Source: Octopus vulgaris (Eukaryota). Taken from it: 64,000 bases of DNA. Shown here one piece after another: positions 14,010-27,725 of the stretch (position 1 is its first letter; every line of letters begins with the position of its first letter). Made by a program: the position numbers and the translations under genes. The stretch is taken from positions 26,350,001 through 26,414,000 of the forward strand of contig OX597817.1 in the NCBI GenBank assembly GCA_951406725.2, read 5' to 3'. Under the pieces are notes generated by a model, which ran no database searches, had not been told where the DNA came from, and was given only the letters and a program-made list of their open reading frames with translations.

Positions 14010-14058
<49 letters not shown>

Positions 14059-14061
14059 GCG

Positions 14062-14193
14062 GTGTCCAGCTGTAGAAACACCGCCAGATCTGACTGGCCT
14101 GGTGCAGCCTTCGGGCTTCCCAGACCCCAGTTGAACCGTCCAACCCATGCTAGCATGGAAAGCAGACGTTAAACGATGATGATGATATATATC

Positions 14194-14252
<59 letters not shown>

Positions 14253-14652
14253 CATCATCGTTTAATGTCCACTATCTATGCTAGCATGGGTTGGACGATT
14301 TGACTGAGGTCTGGCTAACCAGATGGCTGTACCAGGCTCCAATCAGATCTGGCAGAGTTTCTACAGCTGGTTGCCTTTCCTAACGCCAACCATTCCGAGA
14401 GTGTAGTGGGTGCTTTTATGTGCCACCGGCATGAGGGCCAGTCTGGGGGTACTGGCAACGGCCATGCTCAAATGGTGCTTTTTACATGCCACCTGCACAG
14501 GAATAAGTCCAGCGACACTGGTAACGACTTCGCTCGAATGTTTTGTTCATGTGCCACTGGCACAGAAGCCAGACAGCTGCTGTGGCAGTGATCCCATTCA
14601 GATGGAGCTGTTAGTGCTCCACTGGCACAGGTGCCAGTCATCGAATTTGGTT
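14062..14652. mobile_element. Tail-to-tail pair of RTE 3'UTR copies (+ 14062-14185; - 14251-14652)
   Basis: Same terminal segment in opposite orientations around (TA)n; the minus copy has about four repeat units. Confidence 0.85.
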
Positions 14653-15266
14653 CGTGTATATATATATATCCAAAATAAGCAACAAGAATGACTCCGGTAA
14701 TTTGGTACAATTGTTTCGCACTACATCATTTTATTAAAAGCTGTAAGTATTACCACAGATTTAAGATGCTGAGTACTCATCAGCCAATTATAGAGGTTTT
14801 CCATTAATACAAAAGCTTTCAAATCAACTAGCAACATTATAGAGAAGGTAGATATACAGACAAAGATGTAGATTTAAATTTTAAGAACATATGAGGTAGT
14901 GAAGTCCTTCCACTGACTGACCAAGCTATGGCTGTCCCTAACTGCTATAAGGTTAGAAGTAATAAAGATTTTTTAGTTGTAGGAATGGGGGTTTCAGAAT
15001 ACCATAAAAGGAATTCAAATTGAAGACAGTAGTTGCCACTAACAAAATGCCAATTACTACTATTTGGTGAGAGAAACTAGGTCAATGTCAAATGGTCATT
15101 AATCCCCTATACAGAGAGTAGGGAAAAAAACCTATCACTTATTATTATGAGTAGGCATAGTATTTTATAACTGGGGGAAAGCCTTATTAATTTTAAAGCT
15201 AGATTAGATTTAGAAAAATTCCAATTTCAAGTTTACAGTGAAGTTTTTTTAGTCATCTATGAAAAT

Positions 15267-15301
<35 letters not shown>

Positions 15302-15303
<2 letters not shown>

Positions 15304-18025
15304 TTTTATATTTTTACTTCTTCTAGTCATTTGACTGCAGCCACACTGGAGCACTGACTTAAAGGGTGTTTTAATTGAAAAAATCAACCCCAGGACTTAT
15401 TTTTGTAAGCCTAGTACTTATATCAATCTCTTTTTGCTGAACTGTTCAGTTACAGAGACGTAAACACACCAATATCAGTTGTCAAGAACTGGGGGTGGGG
15501 TGGGGTGACAGACATAGACACAAAAGCACACACACATAAATATATACATATATATATGCAACAAGCATCTTTCAGTTTCCCCCTTCCAAATCCACCCACA
15601 AGGCATTGGTCAGCCTGAGGATATAATAAAAGACACTTGCCCAAGATGCTATGCAGTGCAACTGATCCTGGAACCATGTGGGTGGGAAGCAAGCTTCTTA
15701 TAACAAAGCAACACATAAATGCATACAGATATATAAGCATACAGCAAAAATATTCGATCACTATAAACAAATATAGGCACAGGAGTGGCTGTGTGGTAGG
15801 TAGCTTGCTAACCAACCACATGGTTCCGGGTTCAGTCCCACTGCGTGGCATCTTGGGCAAGTGTCTTCTGCTATAGCCCCGGGCCGACCAATGCCTTGTG
15901 GGTGGATTTGGTAGACGGAAACTGAAAGAAGCCTGTCGTATATATGTACATATATATATGTATGTGTGTGTGTGTTTGTGTGTCTGTGTTTGTCTCCCTA
16001 GCATTGCTTGACAACTGATGCTGGTGTGTTTACGTCCCCATCACTTTGTGGTTTGGCAAGAGAGAGCGATAGGATAAGTCCTGGGGTAGATTTGTTCGAC
16101 TAAAGGCGGTGCTCCAATATGGCCGCAGTCGAATGACTGAAACATATAAAAGAATATTTATATATGTATGTATATATATATACACACACACACATACATG
16201 TGTGTGTATGAGTGAGTGTGTATGTATGTATGTATGTATGTTTGTATGTATGTATCTATGAATATATATATATGTAAAACCCTATGCACATATGTGCATA
16301 TATTATACATTCTAAATGATGCTATATGAAAGTGTCAACATTCTGAAACTGAAACAAATTTTACATTCTTAGTCTCCAGCTTACTCTTTTACTCTTTTAC
16401 TTGTTTCAGTCATTTGACTGTGGCCATGCTAGAGCACTCCCTTTAGCCGAGCAAATCGACCCCAGGACTTATTCTATGTAAGCCCAGTGCATAGTGATGG
16501 GGACATAAACACACCAGCATCGGTTGTCAAGCATTGCTAGGGGGACAAACACAGACACACAAACATATATATATATGTATACGACAGGCTTCTTTCAGTT
16601 TCCATCTACCAAATCCACTCACAAGGCTTTGGTCAGCCCGAGGCTATAGTAGAAGACACTTGCCCAAGGTGCCATGCAGTGGGACTGAACCTGGAACCAT
16701 GTGGTTGGTAAACAAGCTACTTACCACACAGCAACTTCTGCGGCTATAGAATGATTGTATAGAATGATTTCAATACTAATTGACAACACAGCTTCAAAAT
16801 CATTTACCTACCCACTGAGTGAGTTTCTCATGATCGCTCAACGTATAGATAACAGCCAACTCTCTATCAAAGCACACTCCACTCTGTTAGCAAAATGCAA
16901 TGAAATCATTAGATAATATAGTACTAGATATACTAGTTTACTTGTTTCAGTCATTTGACTGTAGCAATGCTGGAGCACCGCCTTTAGTCGAGCAAATTGA
17001 CCCCAGCACTTAATCTTAGGTAGCCTAGTACTTATTCTATCTGTCTCTTTTGCCGAACCACTAAGTTACGGAGATGTAAATACACCAACATTTGTTGTCA
17101 AGCGATGTTGGGAGGACAAACACAGACACACAAACGTACACACAGGCACATACATATATATACATATATACATACATATATATGACGGGCTTCTTTCAGT
17201 TTCCATCTACCAAATCTGCTCACAAAGCTTTAGTTGGCCCGAGGCTGTAGTAGAATACACTTGCCCAAGGTGCCATGCAGTGGGACTGAACCCAGAACCA
17301 TGTAGTTCGTAAGCCAGCTACTTACCACACTGCCACTCCTAGGCCTATATCTTTAAAAAGAAATGATGGTTATAGATGAGAAGCATTTGATCATAGATTT
17401 GCTTGATCTGGGTAGATCTGGAGATAAACAATGACAACCAAGTTTATTGCCCATTCTTATATCATGCTCATGGCATTATATCATTCTTTCCTGTACATAT
17501 CATGCAATGTTCTTGACCAGCAACTAATATTTCATCTTAATATTCATATCATCAAAGCAGCTCTGTTCATGTTTGACTTTTCTTTTGTTGCAGCAGACTC
17601 TCTTTACTCTTTACTCCTTTACTTGTTTCAGTCATTTGACTGCGGCCATGCTGGAGCACCGCCTTTAGTCGAGCAAATCGACCCCGGGACTTATTCTTTG
17701 TAAGCCCAGTACTTATTCTATCGGTCTCTTTTTCCCGAACCGCTAAGTTACGGGGACGTAAGCACACCAGCATCGGTTGTCAAGCAATGCTAGGGGTACA
17801 AACACAGACACACAAACACACACACATACACACACATATATATATATATACACATATATACGACAGGCTTCTTTCAGTTTCTGTCTACCAAATCCACTCA
17901 CAAGGCATTGGTCAGGCCCGGGGCTATAGCAGAAGACACTTGCCCAAGATGCCACGCAGTGGGACTGAACCCGGAACCATGTGGTTGGTTAGCAAGCTAC
18001 TTACTACACAGCCACTCCTGCGCCT
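15302..18025. mobile_element. Cluster of five SINE A copies (- 15302-15700; + 15775-16155; - 16381-16746; - 16937-17346; - 17597-18025)
   Basis: Each shows the family A head, CORE-like segment and tail. Confidence 0.9.
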
Positions 18026-18695
18026 CCATCCATTACTGAAGAAAGTTATCATTCCTTTTACAATACTTCATATACTATTTGTGTATGAGAAGCATGGAGA
18101 GAAAGTGATGGGGAGCAAAAATAAGAATCTTTTATTGTCAAATGTCCTGATAGTTCTCTAAATTTTTTACACCATATTCATACACTTGACACTCTATATA
18201 CACTAAATATGCCAATAAAATTATTGCATTACTTGTGTAGCAATGTAAATAATCTATAGCCTTCATTTCCCTTGTTTATTCACATTGCCATCTACTCTTG
18301 TTCATGGGATGAATCCAAAGTTCTGGTGTGATAAAAATTTGCCAGGCAGCTAGCAAGCAGAATCATCAGGGTATTGAACAAAAAAGGCTTTATGTCATTT
18401 ATTCCATTGTTTACCATTTTTACTTCGAATTCCATTGATATCAATGTTGCTTTCATCCTTCCAGCCTTGGTAAACAAATTAATAGCCAAGTACTGTGGTG
18501 GATGGTATATGCTAGCCCACTGGCCCTAATATTGGCGGCATTCTGCATATATACATATATACATGCATACATACATAAACACACACATACATGCATGCAT
18601 ACATACATAAACACACACATACATACATGCATACATACATAAACACACACATACATGCACACACACACACACACACACACACAGATATTAATGTA

Positions 18696-18925
18696 AGGCG
18701 GCAAGCTGGCAGAAACGTTAGCACGCCGGGCAAAATGCGTAGCTGTACTTCGTCTGCCACTACATTCTGAGTTCAAAATCGCAGAGATCGACTTTGCCTT
18801 TCATCCTTTCGGGGTCGATAAATTAAGTACCAGTTACGCACTGGGGTCGATGTAATCGACTTAATCTGTTTGTCTGTCCTTGTTTGTCCCCTCTGTGTTT
18901 AGCCCCTTGTGGGTAGTAAAGAAAT
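18696..18925 (+). mobile_element. SINE family B, full length
   Basis: ggcggcaagctggcagaaacgttagc head; gcctttcatcctttcggggtcgataaattaagtaccag central block; gccccttgtgggtagtaaagaaata tail. Confidence 0.85.
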
Positions 18926-19649
18926 AAATATTAATGTAAACAAACTAATGTTTGTTTTTAGAAGCATTGAAATGTCTTGTAAGATACAGATAAGGAAATG
19001 ATTTATTCTCAAACACAGAAATGCCAATAGAACAGCAGAAATGGGATAAAACAGAAAAATTTGTCAGCAATCATCATCATTGAGCATCTGTTTTCCATGG
19101 GTTAGATGGTTTAATAAGAACTGCATCAGACTCCCATCTGTTTGGGATTGGTTTCTACAGCTGGATGCCCTTCCTAAGGCCACCTACTCTACAGAGTGTA
19201 CTGGATGCCTTTTACATGTCACCAGCATGAGTGCCTTTAATGTGTATAGGAGTGAGTTATGGATGAGAACAAGTAATGATTCAAAGAAGCTAGGTCTGGA
19301 CTATATGGTAGGTGTACCATCAGTTCAATTCCTTCAAGCTCCTGAAGTTTATTCTGGGTTGTTCGAGCAGTATGAAGTCTTATGCTGTCATGCTGCAGAA
19401 AAGCTCTCTTTTAACCAATACTGAGAATTTTTGTCGCACAATAGCCTATATACACTCCAGGCTGTTAAGAGTACAGGTTAGTATCGATGGTTCAACAGTA
19501 AGAAACAAAACTCATAGTCAATTATCCTTTTATAATTCTACCAGACAAAGAGTATCATGCTGTGTTTGAAACGCCCATGCTTGGCAACAAGTTTCAGAAG
19601 CTGTCAATTGCTTGACCACTGCTTACGCACTTTAGGAGTGTAGAAAACA

Positions 19650-19930
19650 ATCTTCTTCGGATTATAATACTTGTTCCAATCCATGGCTGACTTCCCACAC
19701 TTGAGATGCTTGATCAACCAAGAGGAAGTGAAAGATTTAATGAAGGAGTTCTTGGCCTCGAAGAACAAGGATTGTTATCAGTGAAGGATAAAAAAAATAG
19801 CAGAAAGGTTTTTTTCAGACGATGCCACACAATGGCTTCTAAATTGAATGCTAGGCTGCTTTAGTTGTAACTTGATGAATAAAGCAAATAAGTTTTGAAA
19901 ATATTGCAAATCTTTTGACACAACACAATA
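19650..19930 (+). mobile_element. Mariner transposase C-terminal remnant with right TIR
   Basis: SSDY..LFQSMA..EEVKDLMKEFLASKNKDCYQ..IAER; ends in gacacaacacaaTA. Confidence 0.65.
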
Positions 19931-20261
19931 AAATGCATATTTAGTTCTTATATATTTTTTTCTATTGATATTACTTGTTTTCTATAAGAAAATTTGTAAA
20001 TTGTAGCCTTGGCAATAGACACTGAAAAATTTCTTTCAATCTTGTGACTCAAAAAATCTGTTATTTTAGAAAGAAACACGAGATTATGTGGGAAAAGAAG
20101 TGAGAAGTCATATCAATTGAAAAATCAGTAAATAAGAAAAATAAGTGAAAAATATATTTTAACACAATACATACACATACACACATATACACACATACAC
20201 ACAGGCATATATAGATACATATACACACACACAAATAACATGATACATATAAATGCATACA

Positions 20262-20280
20262 TAATGTATATATCTATCTA

Positions 20281-20315
<35 letters not shown>

Positions 20316-20338
20316 ATATCTATATATCTATCTATCTA

Positions 20339-20421
<83 letters not shown>

Positions 20422-20560
20422 GCATATAAATATATATATACATATATATATGCATATAAATATATATACATATACATATATGCACATATATATATATGTT
20501 TGCGTGTGTATATATATATACACACACATATACATACACACATATTTATATATTTGATAT
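20262..20560. repeat. (TCTA)n/(TA)n compound microsatellite
   Basis: Directly visible. Confidence 0.95.
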
Positions 20561-21242
20561 ATGATAAACATATGATACACCATATACAAGAGTAAAAACA
20601 CATTTTAATTTGTTGTTTATATTAGATTAAATATCAACTTTATACCTTCGTGAAGTATTGAACATTTACTGATTCTAACATGATAAATCTTCATTGATAT
20701 ATTTAATATCTCATTAATAGAGTCCCACTTAAATTATGCGCAGTGTTATGAGCCAGGCTGTGTTGCATCCTATACATCACATTATGAAACACACATGTTG
20801 AGATAGGTAGTTTTCTTGTCTAAATTTCCAGTCAATCGACTACTGGTTCAAATAACATTACTAAATTTTAAAGACCTTTTGAGATTTTAACCATTTTGTT
20901 CACACCAATTGATTTCATCTTTTGTGTTCTTACAAAAAACAGTTAGGGAGAAGTATCTTATTTGGTAATGGCATCTAGTTGTTAAAAAAACTATGCCAAA
21001 ACTGACCTCACCTGTGCTGGTGCCATGTAAAAAGTACTCAATCCATTCTGTGGGATGATTATAATGTTATGAAGGGATCCAGCCATAAAAATTGTGCCAA
21101 AAGCAGACACGGAGTCTAATGCAGGTCTTTTGCTTGGCCAGCTCCTGTCAAACCATCAAACCAATGCTAGCATGGAAGATAGATTTTAAACGATGATGAT
21201 GATGACGATGATGATGAGGACGACGATGACGACGACGACGAC

Positions 21243-21284
<42 letters not shown>

Positions 21285-22224
21285 TCTTTGGTATTCAAAG
21301 AATAGCTGTAAGTATATCTAATTATATTGCAATTTACTGGTTGTTCATTTTTGACCAATGTGTACTATAAGGTACATGAAAGTGACTCAAAAGATTTCAG
21401 AGCGGCTTTTTAATAAAAAATATGAGGTCAATTTAGTAAGAAATTACACACTTTAAGAAAATAAATTATATCATCTGACTTAAAATTTAATCAGACTCAA
21501 CTCCTTCATCTAACTGCTTATTTTTAATTTAAATTCTAAATTTTTTTTTTTGTTGTTTTTGTTGTCTGATGTCAATCATTCAGAGTTGATTTCCACTTTG
21601 GGGACAAAATGTGTCAGCAGATATCAAGCAACTGCTGATTCTCTTCAAAACTTAAGCATGGCTCAGAAACAAGTAATGCTCCCACATGTGGGACAGAGCT
21701 GCTATTATGCACACAGGTATCCTGGAGCACATTCAGAGAAGGCTAACTTGACCAATTGGTATTCAATCATTAACAAGCTTGCTGTTTCCTCTTTGCATTT
21801 TCAATTTCTACTGCCATAGTATCTATTCCTCAGAGCTGACTGGTTTCATATTCCCACCACTGAGCCACCCTGATTCACCTGTCTTTCCACAACATTGCTC
21901 TTGGTGCATAAACTCCACTGATCTCTGCCTACCATTATGCCAAGTCTATTCCCTTTTGAACTGATCCCTTCACTTTACTCATATTATTTTTGTTGATGTT
22001 GATCTGCAACAATTTATACAGAATATTGACAGTATCAAGCTCAACAGTCTTGGAAGGCCTGCAAAGAACATGGCAATATCCCCTTCTTTCAGACATGAAT
22101 TTTAAAAAAATGGTAACTGGTTGAATAGATCAAAAAAATGTTTATAATTATAGTTTGAATAGGCTAAAGGTTTTACTTAAAACAATATTGCAAACTTGCA
22201 GGGTTTTTATGGAATTTGTATGTA

Positions 22225-22789
22225 TTGGGTTGTCTGGAAAGTTCATGCCGATTTTTAAAGGGAAGGAAAAGGTCAATAAATACTTGCCATGACATTTTTA
22301 ATCAACCAAATATGAACCATTTTGTTGCACAATGCGTCTCCATCTTTCCTTTAACTTGAAAATACCCTCTTCCCAAAAGTGAGGTGGTTTCATGGCAAAG
22401 AATTCATCAAGGTATCTATTTATGTCATCCAAAGAATTGAAATTTCTACCATTAAGACTATTCTGCAGAGACCTGAATAAGTGGAAATCCGAAGGAGCAA
22501 TATCTGGTGAATATGAAGAGTGGGGTAACACATCCCAGCCGAGCTGCAGCAATTTGTGTCTGGTTCCCAACACATCAAGTGCCGAAAATGAACTTTCTAA
22601 TCTTCCATTTTAAAGGGTTACTGAATTAACACAGGTATAGGAACATAAACCTTCTTCCATGAAAACATAGCTTAAACTGTGCTCTAAATGGAGGTGTAGT
22701 TAAATCCTATTTTATGGACACAACCATGTTCTAAAATAGGTCAAAAGGTAAGCCACTATAAGTTGGCACAAACTTTCCGGACAACCCAA
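22225..22789 (-). mobile_element. Internally deleted mariner element with both TIRs
   Basis: TA-TTGGGTTGTCTGGAAAGTT ... AACTTTCCGGACAACCCAA-TA; N-terminal MED*KVHFRHLM joined to C-terminal WDVLPHSSYSPDIAPSDFHLFRSL. Confidence 0.92.
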
Positions 22790-24479
22790 TAAAATCAGAG
22801 AATCTGTTTGGAGTGGTTATTCATCCCTTTATCCCATGGCAATCAGATTTTCAGACATCATAATTCTATCACAATTTCATTCACATCAAGGATGCATATT
22901 GTAGGAATGTTGACTGACTCCAGGATATAACTTGTAATCCACTTTATTGTCCTTGAAGGGAGGAAACAAAAAGTTGAGCTTTGTAAGGACTTAAATCCAG
23001 AATGCAAAATACTGAGATTTTCCAAATTGCCTTGGTATAGGTTTATCTCCATATCATAATATGTCATCAGTTCATGACAATAACTCTAATGAAACAATCG
23101 TTTTCAATTATTATTATTTTTTTAAATCGAGAATTTGCAAAGATTTAATAAATTAACTAACTTAATCACTACTGGAATATCTTTTCATTTGAAATGTTAA
23201 ACTTTCTTAATCTTAATCACAAATGAATATTCTAAAAACTGGGATATTTTGCATCAGACTATGACAATCAGTTTCAGTGGGTATATTAAAAAAAAATCAA
23301 AGCATGAGAGATAACTGAATGATCAACTATACAAACGGAAATGATAATCCTGGGACAGTATTCCAGCTTTTAAGGGAGCACACATGATTAAATTACAACC
23401 TCTAAGTAGATGAAACATTCATTTCCTTACATAAAATGTGCAAGCTTATATCCAGATATTGATGCAATCAAACAAGCTGAAATTCGTAGCTCTTATTAAG
23501 ATTTAATCAGTTAACTGATAACCAGTAACTTCAAATTTTCTTACAATTTTCATCACCTAATTGTCCATTGAGACAACAGTATAGGGAAAATAGACTGTAA
23601 ATGCTAAGTGTTCACTATCGCAATTTACCTGGTAGGCATAATTTCGATCCCAAGATTTACGAATCAGAGATATACATATGATGGTTGCATCAAAAGTAAT
23701 TCAAATGTGGACTTAAATTTATCCCCAATTCCTTCCTCCTCCTAACCCAGTTTCTGTATTTTCTTTTATGCTCACCTCTCTGCTCCTTGAAGGTTTGTTC
23801 ATGCACCCCATCACTACCATCTTATCTTCTTCCCAACTACTCATATCCAACTCTTATATAATGCAGGATAGCTATGTATCTTTTCTATTGTAAAACACTC
23901 GTGCTTGTCCCTCTATCATGCTTTAGCCTCCCAGCAACTGGCATGCAGCCACCTCCTCCTCTCAAATACTTCCCATCATTTGGTTGAGGTGGCTTTTTTT
24001 CCTTTTCCTGTTCTTTTCTTATCTTGCAAGTTACTTAGCAACCCCACTAGTGCCAGTGACCTATGAAAAACACTCAGTACACACTGTAAATAGGGTTGGC
24101 ATTAGGAAGGGTATCCAGCCATAAAAAAAGATCATGTTAAAGCTGACATTAGAGCCTGATGCTACTCTATGGATTCCAAGATCCTGTCAAAAGCATCCAG
24201 CATGAAAAATAAATACTAAATGATGACGATGAAGATGAAGATGCGATGGTGGTGGTGGTAGTGGTGGGTTCGATTCAAGTGGCACATGTAGTTAGAGTAA
24301 TGCTTCGTCCATGCCAAAGTATTCTATATACTTTGCTTCATGTAAAATAAACAAGAGACATCACAACTTGGAGAAGAATTAGTAAATGAGTATATCCCTA
24401 TCGTGAACGATGGAAGGAGACCAGTTTTTTTCTTGTGACCTGAATGGATTCTATCTGAAATTCTGAGAACAGAGTGGGG

Positions 24480-24900
24480 CAGAGAAGATGGACGTTTTTG
24501 AAACATCCACAAAACCATTAATTTTAACTGCAAGCAAATTTTATTGACATCAATGTGTTCATATTGAATTAACATTTGTCAAAATTAAGTGTGGAAAACA
24601 ACATCCATCATGTGATGTCCATTTTCATTGATCCATTTTTGAAGGCATTCTTGGAAGTTGGCCTCCACTCGCTCCAGTATTGCTCTGTTCATAGTCTCAT
24701 GGTTTTAACCATTACCTAATGACCAATTTGTACAGGTAGAAATGCAGGCCTTCATGCAAAATACACCTTACCAATCGATTTACTGACGCCAAGTTCAGTG
24801 GAATGTTCTCAACTTATGGTCATTCCATGCAATTTTGATTACTCTGGTTTACCACAACAAGAAAAAAGAGGTCCTATTTATACTTCACAGTTGAGTTGCT
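24480..24900 (-). mobile_element. Tc1/ITm-superfamily transposase remnant
   Basis: Minus strand AILERVEANFQECLQKWINENGHHMMDVVF resembles the C-terminal 'R..C....G.H' motif; LHFYLYKL-like segment upstream. Confidence 0.5.
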
Positions 24901-25112
24901 GGCAAATAAAAAAGCACAGATTCTTGATGATGGCTTCTATCACAACATAGTACAGTGCAGGTATGGCTGTGTGGTAAGAAGTTAGTTTTCCAACCACTTG
25001 GACTGGGTTCAGTCCCACTGCATGGCACTTTCAGTGAGTGTCTTCTATTTTTGCCTCAGCCATCCAAAGTCTTCTGAGAGGATTTCTTAGATGGAAACTG
25101 CAAATAGACAGT

Positions 25113-25164
<52 letters not shown>

Positions 25165-25216
25165 TATATATGTATGTATATATTTATGTGTGTGTGTATA
25201 CATATATATATATATC

Positions 25217-25440
25217 GCCATATATAGATCGCCATGTTGATTCGTTAGTTACTGCACGCAATTTTTTTCTCTCCTTCTTTCTGTGTTTTTTTCTCTCTGT
25301 GTATCTTTCTGTTGAAGAGCGTAGGCTCGAAACGTTAAAGACTTGTTTTATTTATATTTCCTGAGCACCATACTAATACAATTGTTCGTTTGTTTTCCAC
25401 CTGCCTTCGTCTTTTGTCTATTTTCATAAAGCTTCCCGTT
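25217..25440 (+). mobile_element. Penelope-like terminal-repeat fragment in (TA)n, with hammerhead-like motif
   Basis: TA-repeat flanks; tcttt-CTGTTGA-a-gagc-gtag-gctc-GAAA-cgtt-aaaga at 25304-25341. Confidence 0.55.
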
Positions 25441-25751
25441 ATATATATATATATATCTGTATAATGTTTTTGTTGTTTTTTAATTGTAATTGACATAAGA
25501 TTGAATAATTAACACTCACGCACATAACACAGACATTTGAATTAATTTTTACAATCCAGCCATCCTTTCCAGACAGTTTTTTGTCTTCCTGAACTGAATT
25601 CACCCTGAAGTGACTCGAATATAATTGAACTGTGATTATGTATATCATGAAAAAATATACATAAGTCGAAACAACTTGTTGGGCTTCTACTGTTTTTATG
25701 ATTATTTATATAATATTACATTATGTTATGCATTATATTCATAATATTTAA

Positions 25752-25919
25752 TGGCTGTGTGGTAAGTAGCTTGCCTACGAACCACATGGTTCTGGGATCA
25801 GTCCCACTGTGTGGCATCTTGGGCGAGTGTCTTCTACTATAGCCTCAGGCTGACCAAAACCTTGTGAGTGGATTTGGTAGACAGAAACTGAAAGAAGCCC
25901 ATCATATACATGTATATAT

Positions 25920-25983
<64 letters not shown>

Positions 25984-26175
25984 TGTGTATATGTTTGTGT
26001 GTCAGTGTTTGGCCCCCCAACATTGCTTGACAACCGACGCTGGTGTGTTTACGTCCCCATAACTTAGCAGTTCAGCAAAAGAGACCGATAGAATAAGTAC
26101 TAGGCTTACAAAGAATAAGTCCTGGGGTTGATTTGCTCAACTAAAGGTGGTGCCCCAGCATGGCCACAGTCAATT
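25752..26175 (+). mobile_element. SINE family A
   Basis: Full structure with (TA)(TG)n slot. Confidence 0.85.
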
Positions 26176-26532
26176 ATTGAATGTCAATAGAATATCTCTA
26201 TATTTAATTCTCTTTATTATATGTATATATACATGTTTATAAAGGCACTCATTACACTCTTGGTGTGGTTGGCATTAGGAAAGGCATCCAGCCATAGAAA
26301 ACCATACCAAATCAGACTGGAGTCTGGTGCAGCCTTCCAGCTTACCAGCCGCATTTAAACCATCCAACCCATGCCAGCATGGACAACAGATGTTAAATGA
26401 TGATGATGATGATAGTGATGATGTGTTTGTGTCTCCTTGTCTTGACATCCTCTGAGAGTCGTAAATAAGTGTCACTGATATGTAAGCAATGTCATTTCTA
26501 ATGTTCTGCAGACACGTCTGGTAACTATATTA

Positions 26533-26700
26533 CCTATTTCTTTACTACCCACAAGGGGCTAAACACAGAGGGCACAAACAAGGACAGACAAAGGGATTAA
26601 GTCAATTACATCGATCCCTGTGTGTAACTGGTACTTAATTTATCGACCCTGAAAGGATGAAAGGCAAAGTCGACCTCGACGGAATTTGAACTCAGAATGT
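26533..26700 (-). mobile_element. SINE family B, headless
   Basis: Reverse complement of the 18696 copy's tail and central block. Confidence 0.8.
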
Positions 26701-26923
26701 AATGGTCTGGTAAATATTACCTTGCTTGGTTGGTGACTGGAAGAGCATCTAGCTGTAGAAAATATGCTGCAAATAAATATTGTACAAGTACAGAAAAGTG
26801 GATGTTAAATGATAATGTAGTGGGTAATGATCATGATAATGATTTTGCTCATAAATGGAAAATAAGTGTCCAAGAGATTGCCAAACTGATATAATACCTT
26901 AGACTTAAACTTCCTAGTGTTAA

Positions 26924-27318
26924 TCTCTATATGTATAAAGCTGTAGTTGTCTGTGTGTGGCAGGTTTGGTAGCCTTCAACTAACACTATCTCCTCCGAGA
27001 CTCTGCAACAAAAGTTGACCAAAATTGAGACTATGATAGAAGGAGGCTTGCTCTTCCTTCCGTAGAAGAAAAAATTCAAATCGGACCATGTTAACACCAA
27101 AAATTATTTAAATCAAAAAGGTGCTTTTTTTCTATGAAAATCCCTATTTTTTTTACGATTTTTTGACTGCTGTGTCACCATTTTCCCGATGTATTTCAAC
27201 CAGAAAAATGTTCACTTAAAGAGAATAACAAGCTACATAATGCAAAATTTTTACTTTACAAAAATTCCAATTCTAAAGGGTCGAAACAAACCCGAGCAAT
27301 GCTGTGCGATAATGCTAG
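26924..27318 (+). mobile_element. Non-autonomous Helitron-like element
   Basis: A|TC start (tctctatatgtataaag); 3' cccgagcaatgctgtgcg remnant hairpin then CTAG|T; no TSD. Confidence 0.7.
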
Positions 27319-27692
27319 TAATTGTAAAAGAACATTCTTTCTTTTTTGTGGTTTGTTGGGTTTCACTTGTCTTTCTTTTAATGAAAGCAGAACAAAATAA
27401 CATTTGCAGAAAAAAATATGTAATGTAACTGATTCTGAGTTTGGAGAAAAAAAACATTCACATCACTTCAGAGACCAAAATGTGTTTAATGGAATGTTGT
27501 GATAAAATACTGTGTCGAAATAATAAACAGTTTGTTCTCCAGAGCAGTTTAATCAATGTTAAGGATTAGGGCCAATGAGAGAATTGTCACAACAGTTTCA
27601 AGATAGCTTCCATAACAACATTTTTGTGTTATCCATTTGTACATTTATGTATGTGCATGTGTTTGTGCATATGTGCACGTGTTTGTACATGC

Positions 27693-27725
<33 letters not shown>

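Noticed and set aside
15450-18161. Recurring ORFs such as RQASFSFRLPNPLTR...GTEPGTMWLVSKLL that look like a gene family
   Set aside because: Antisense translations of SINE A copies.
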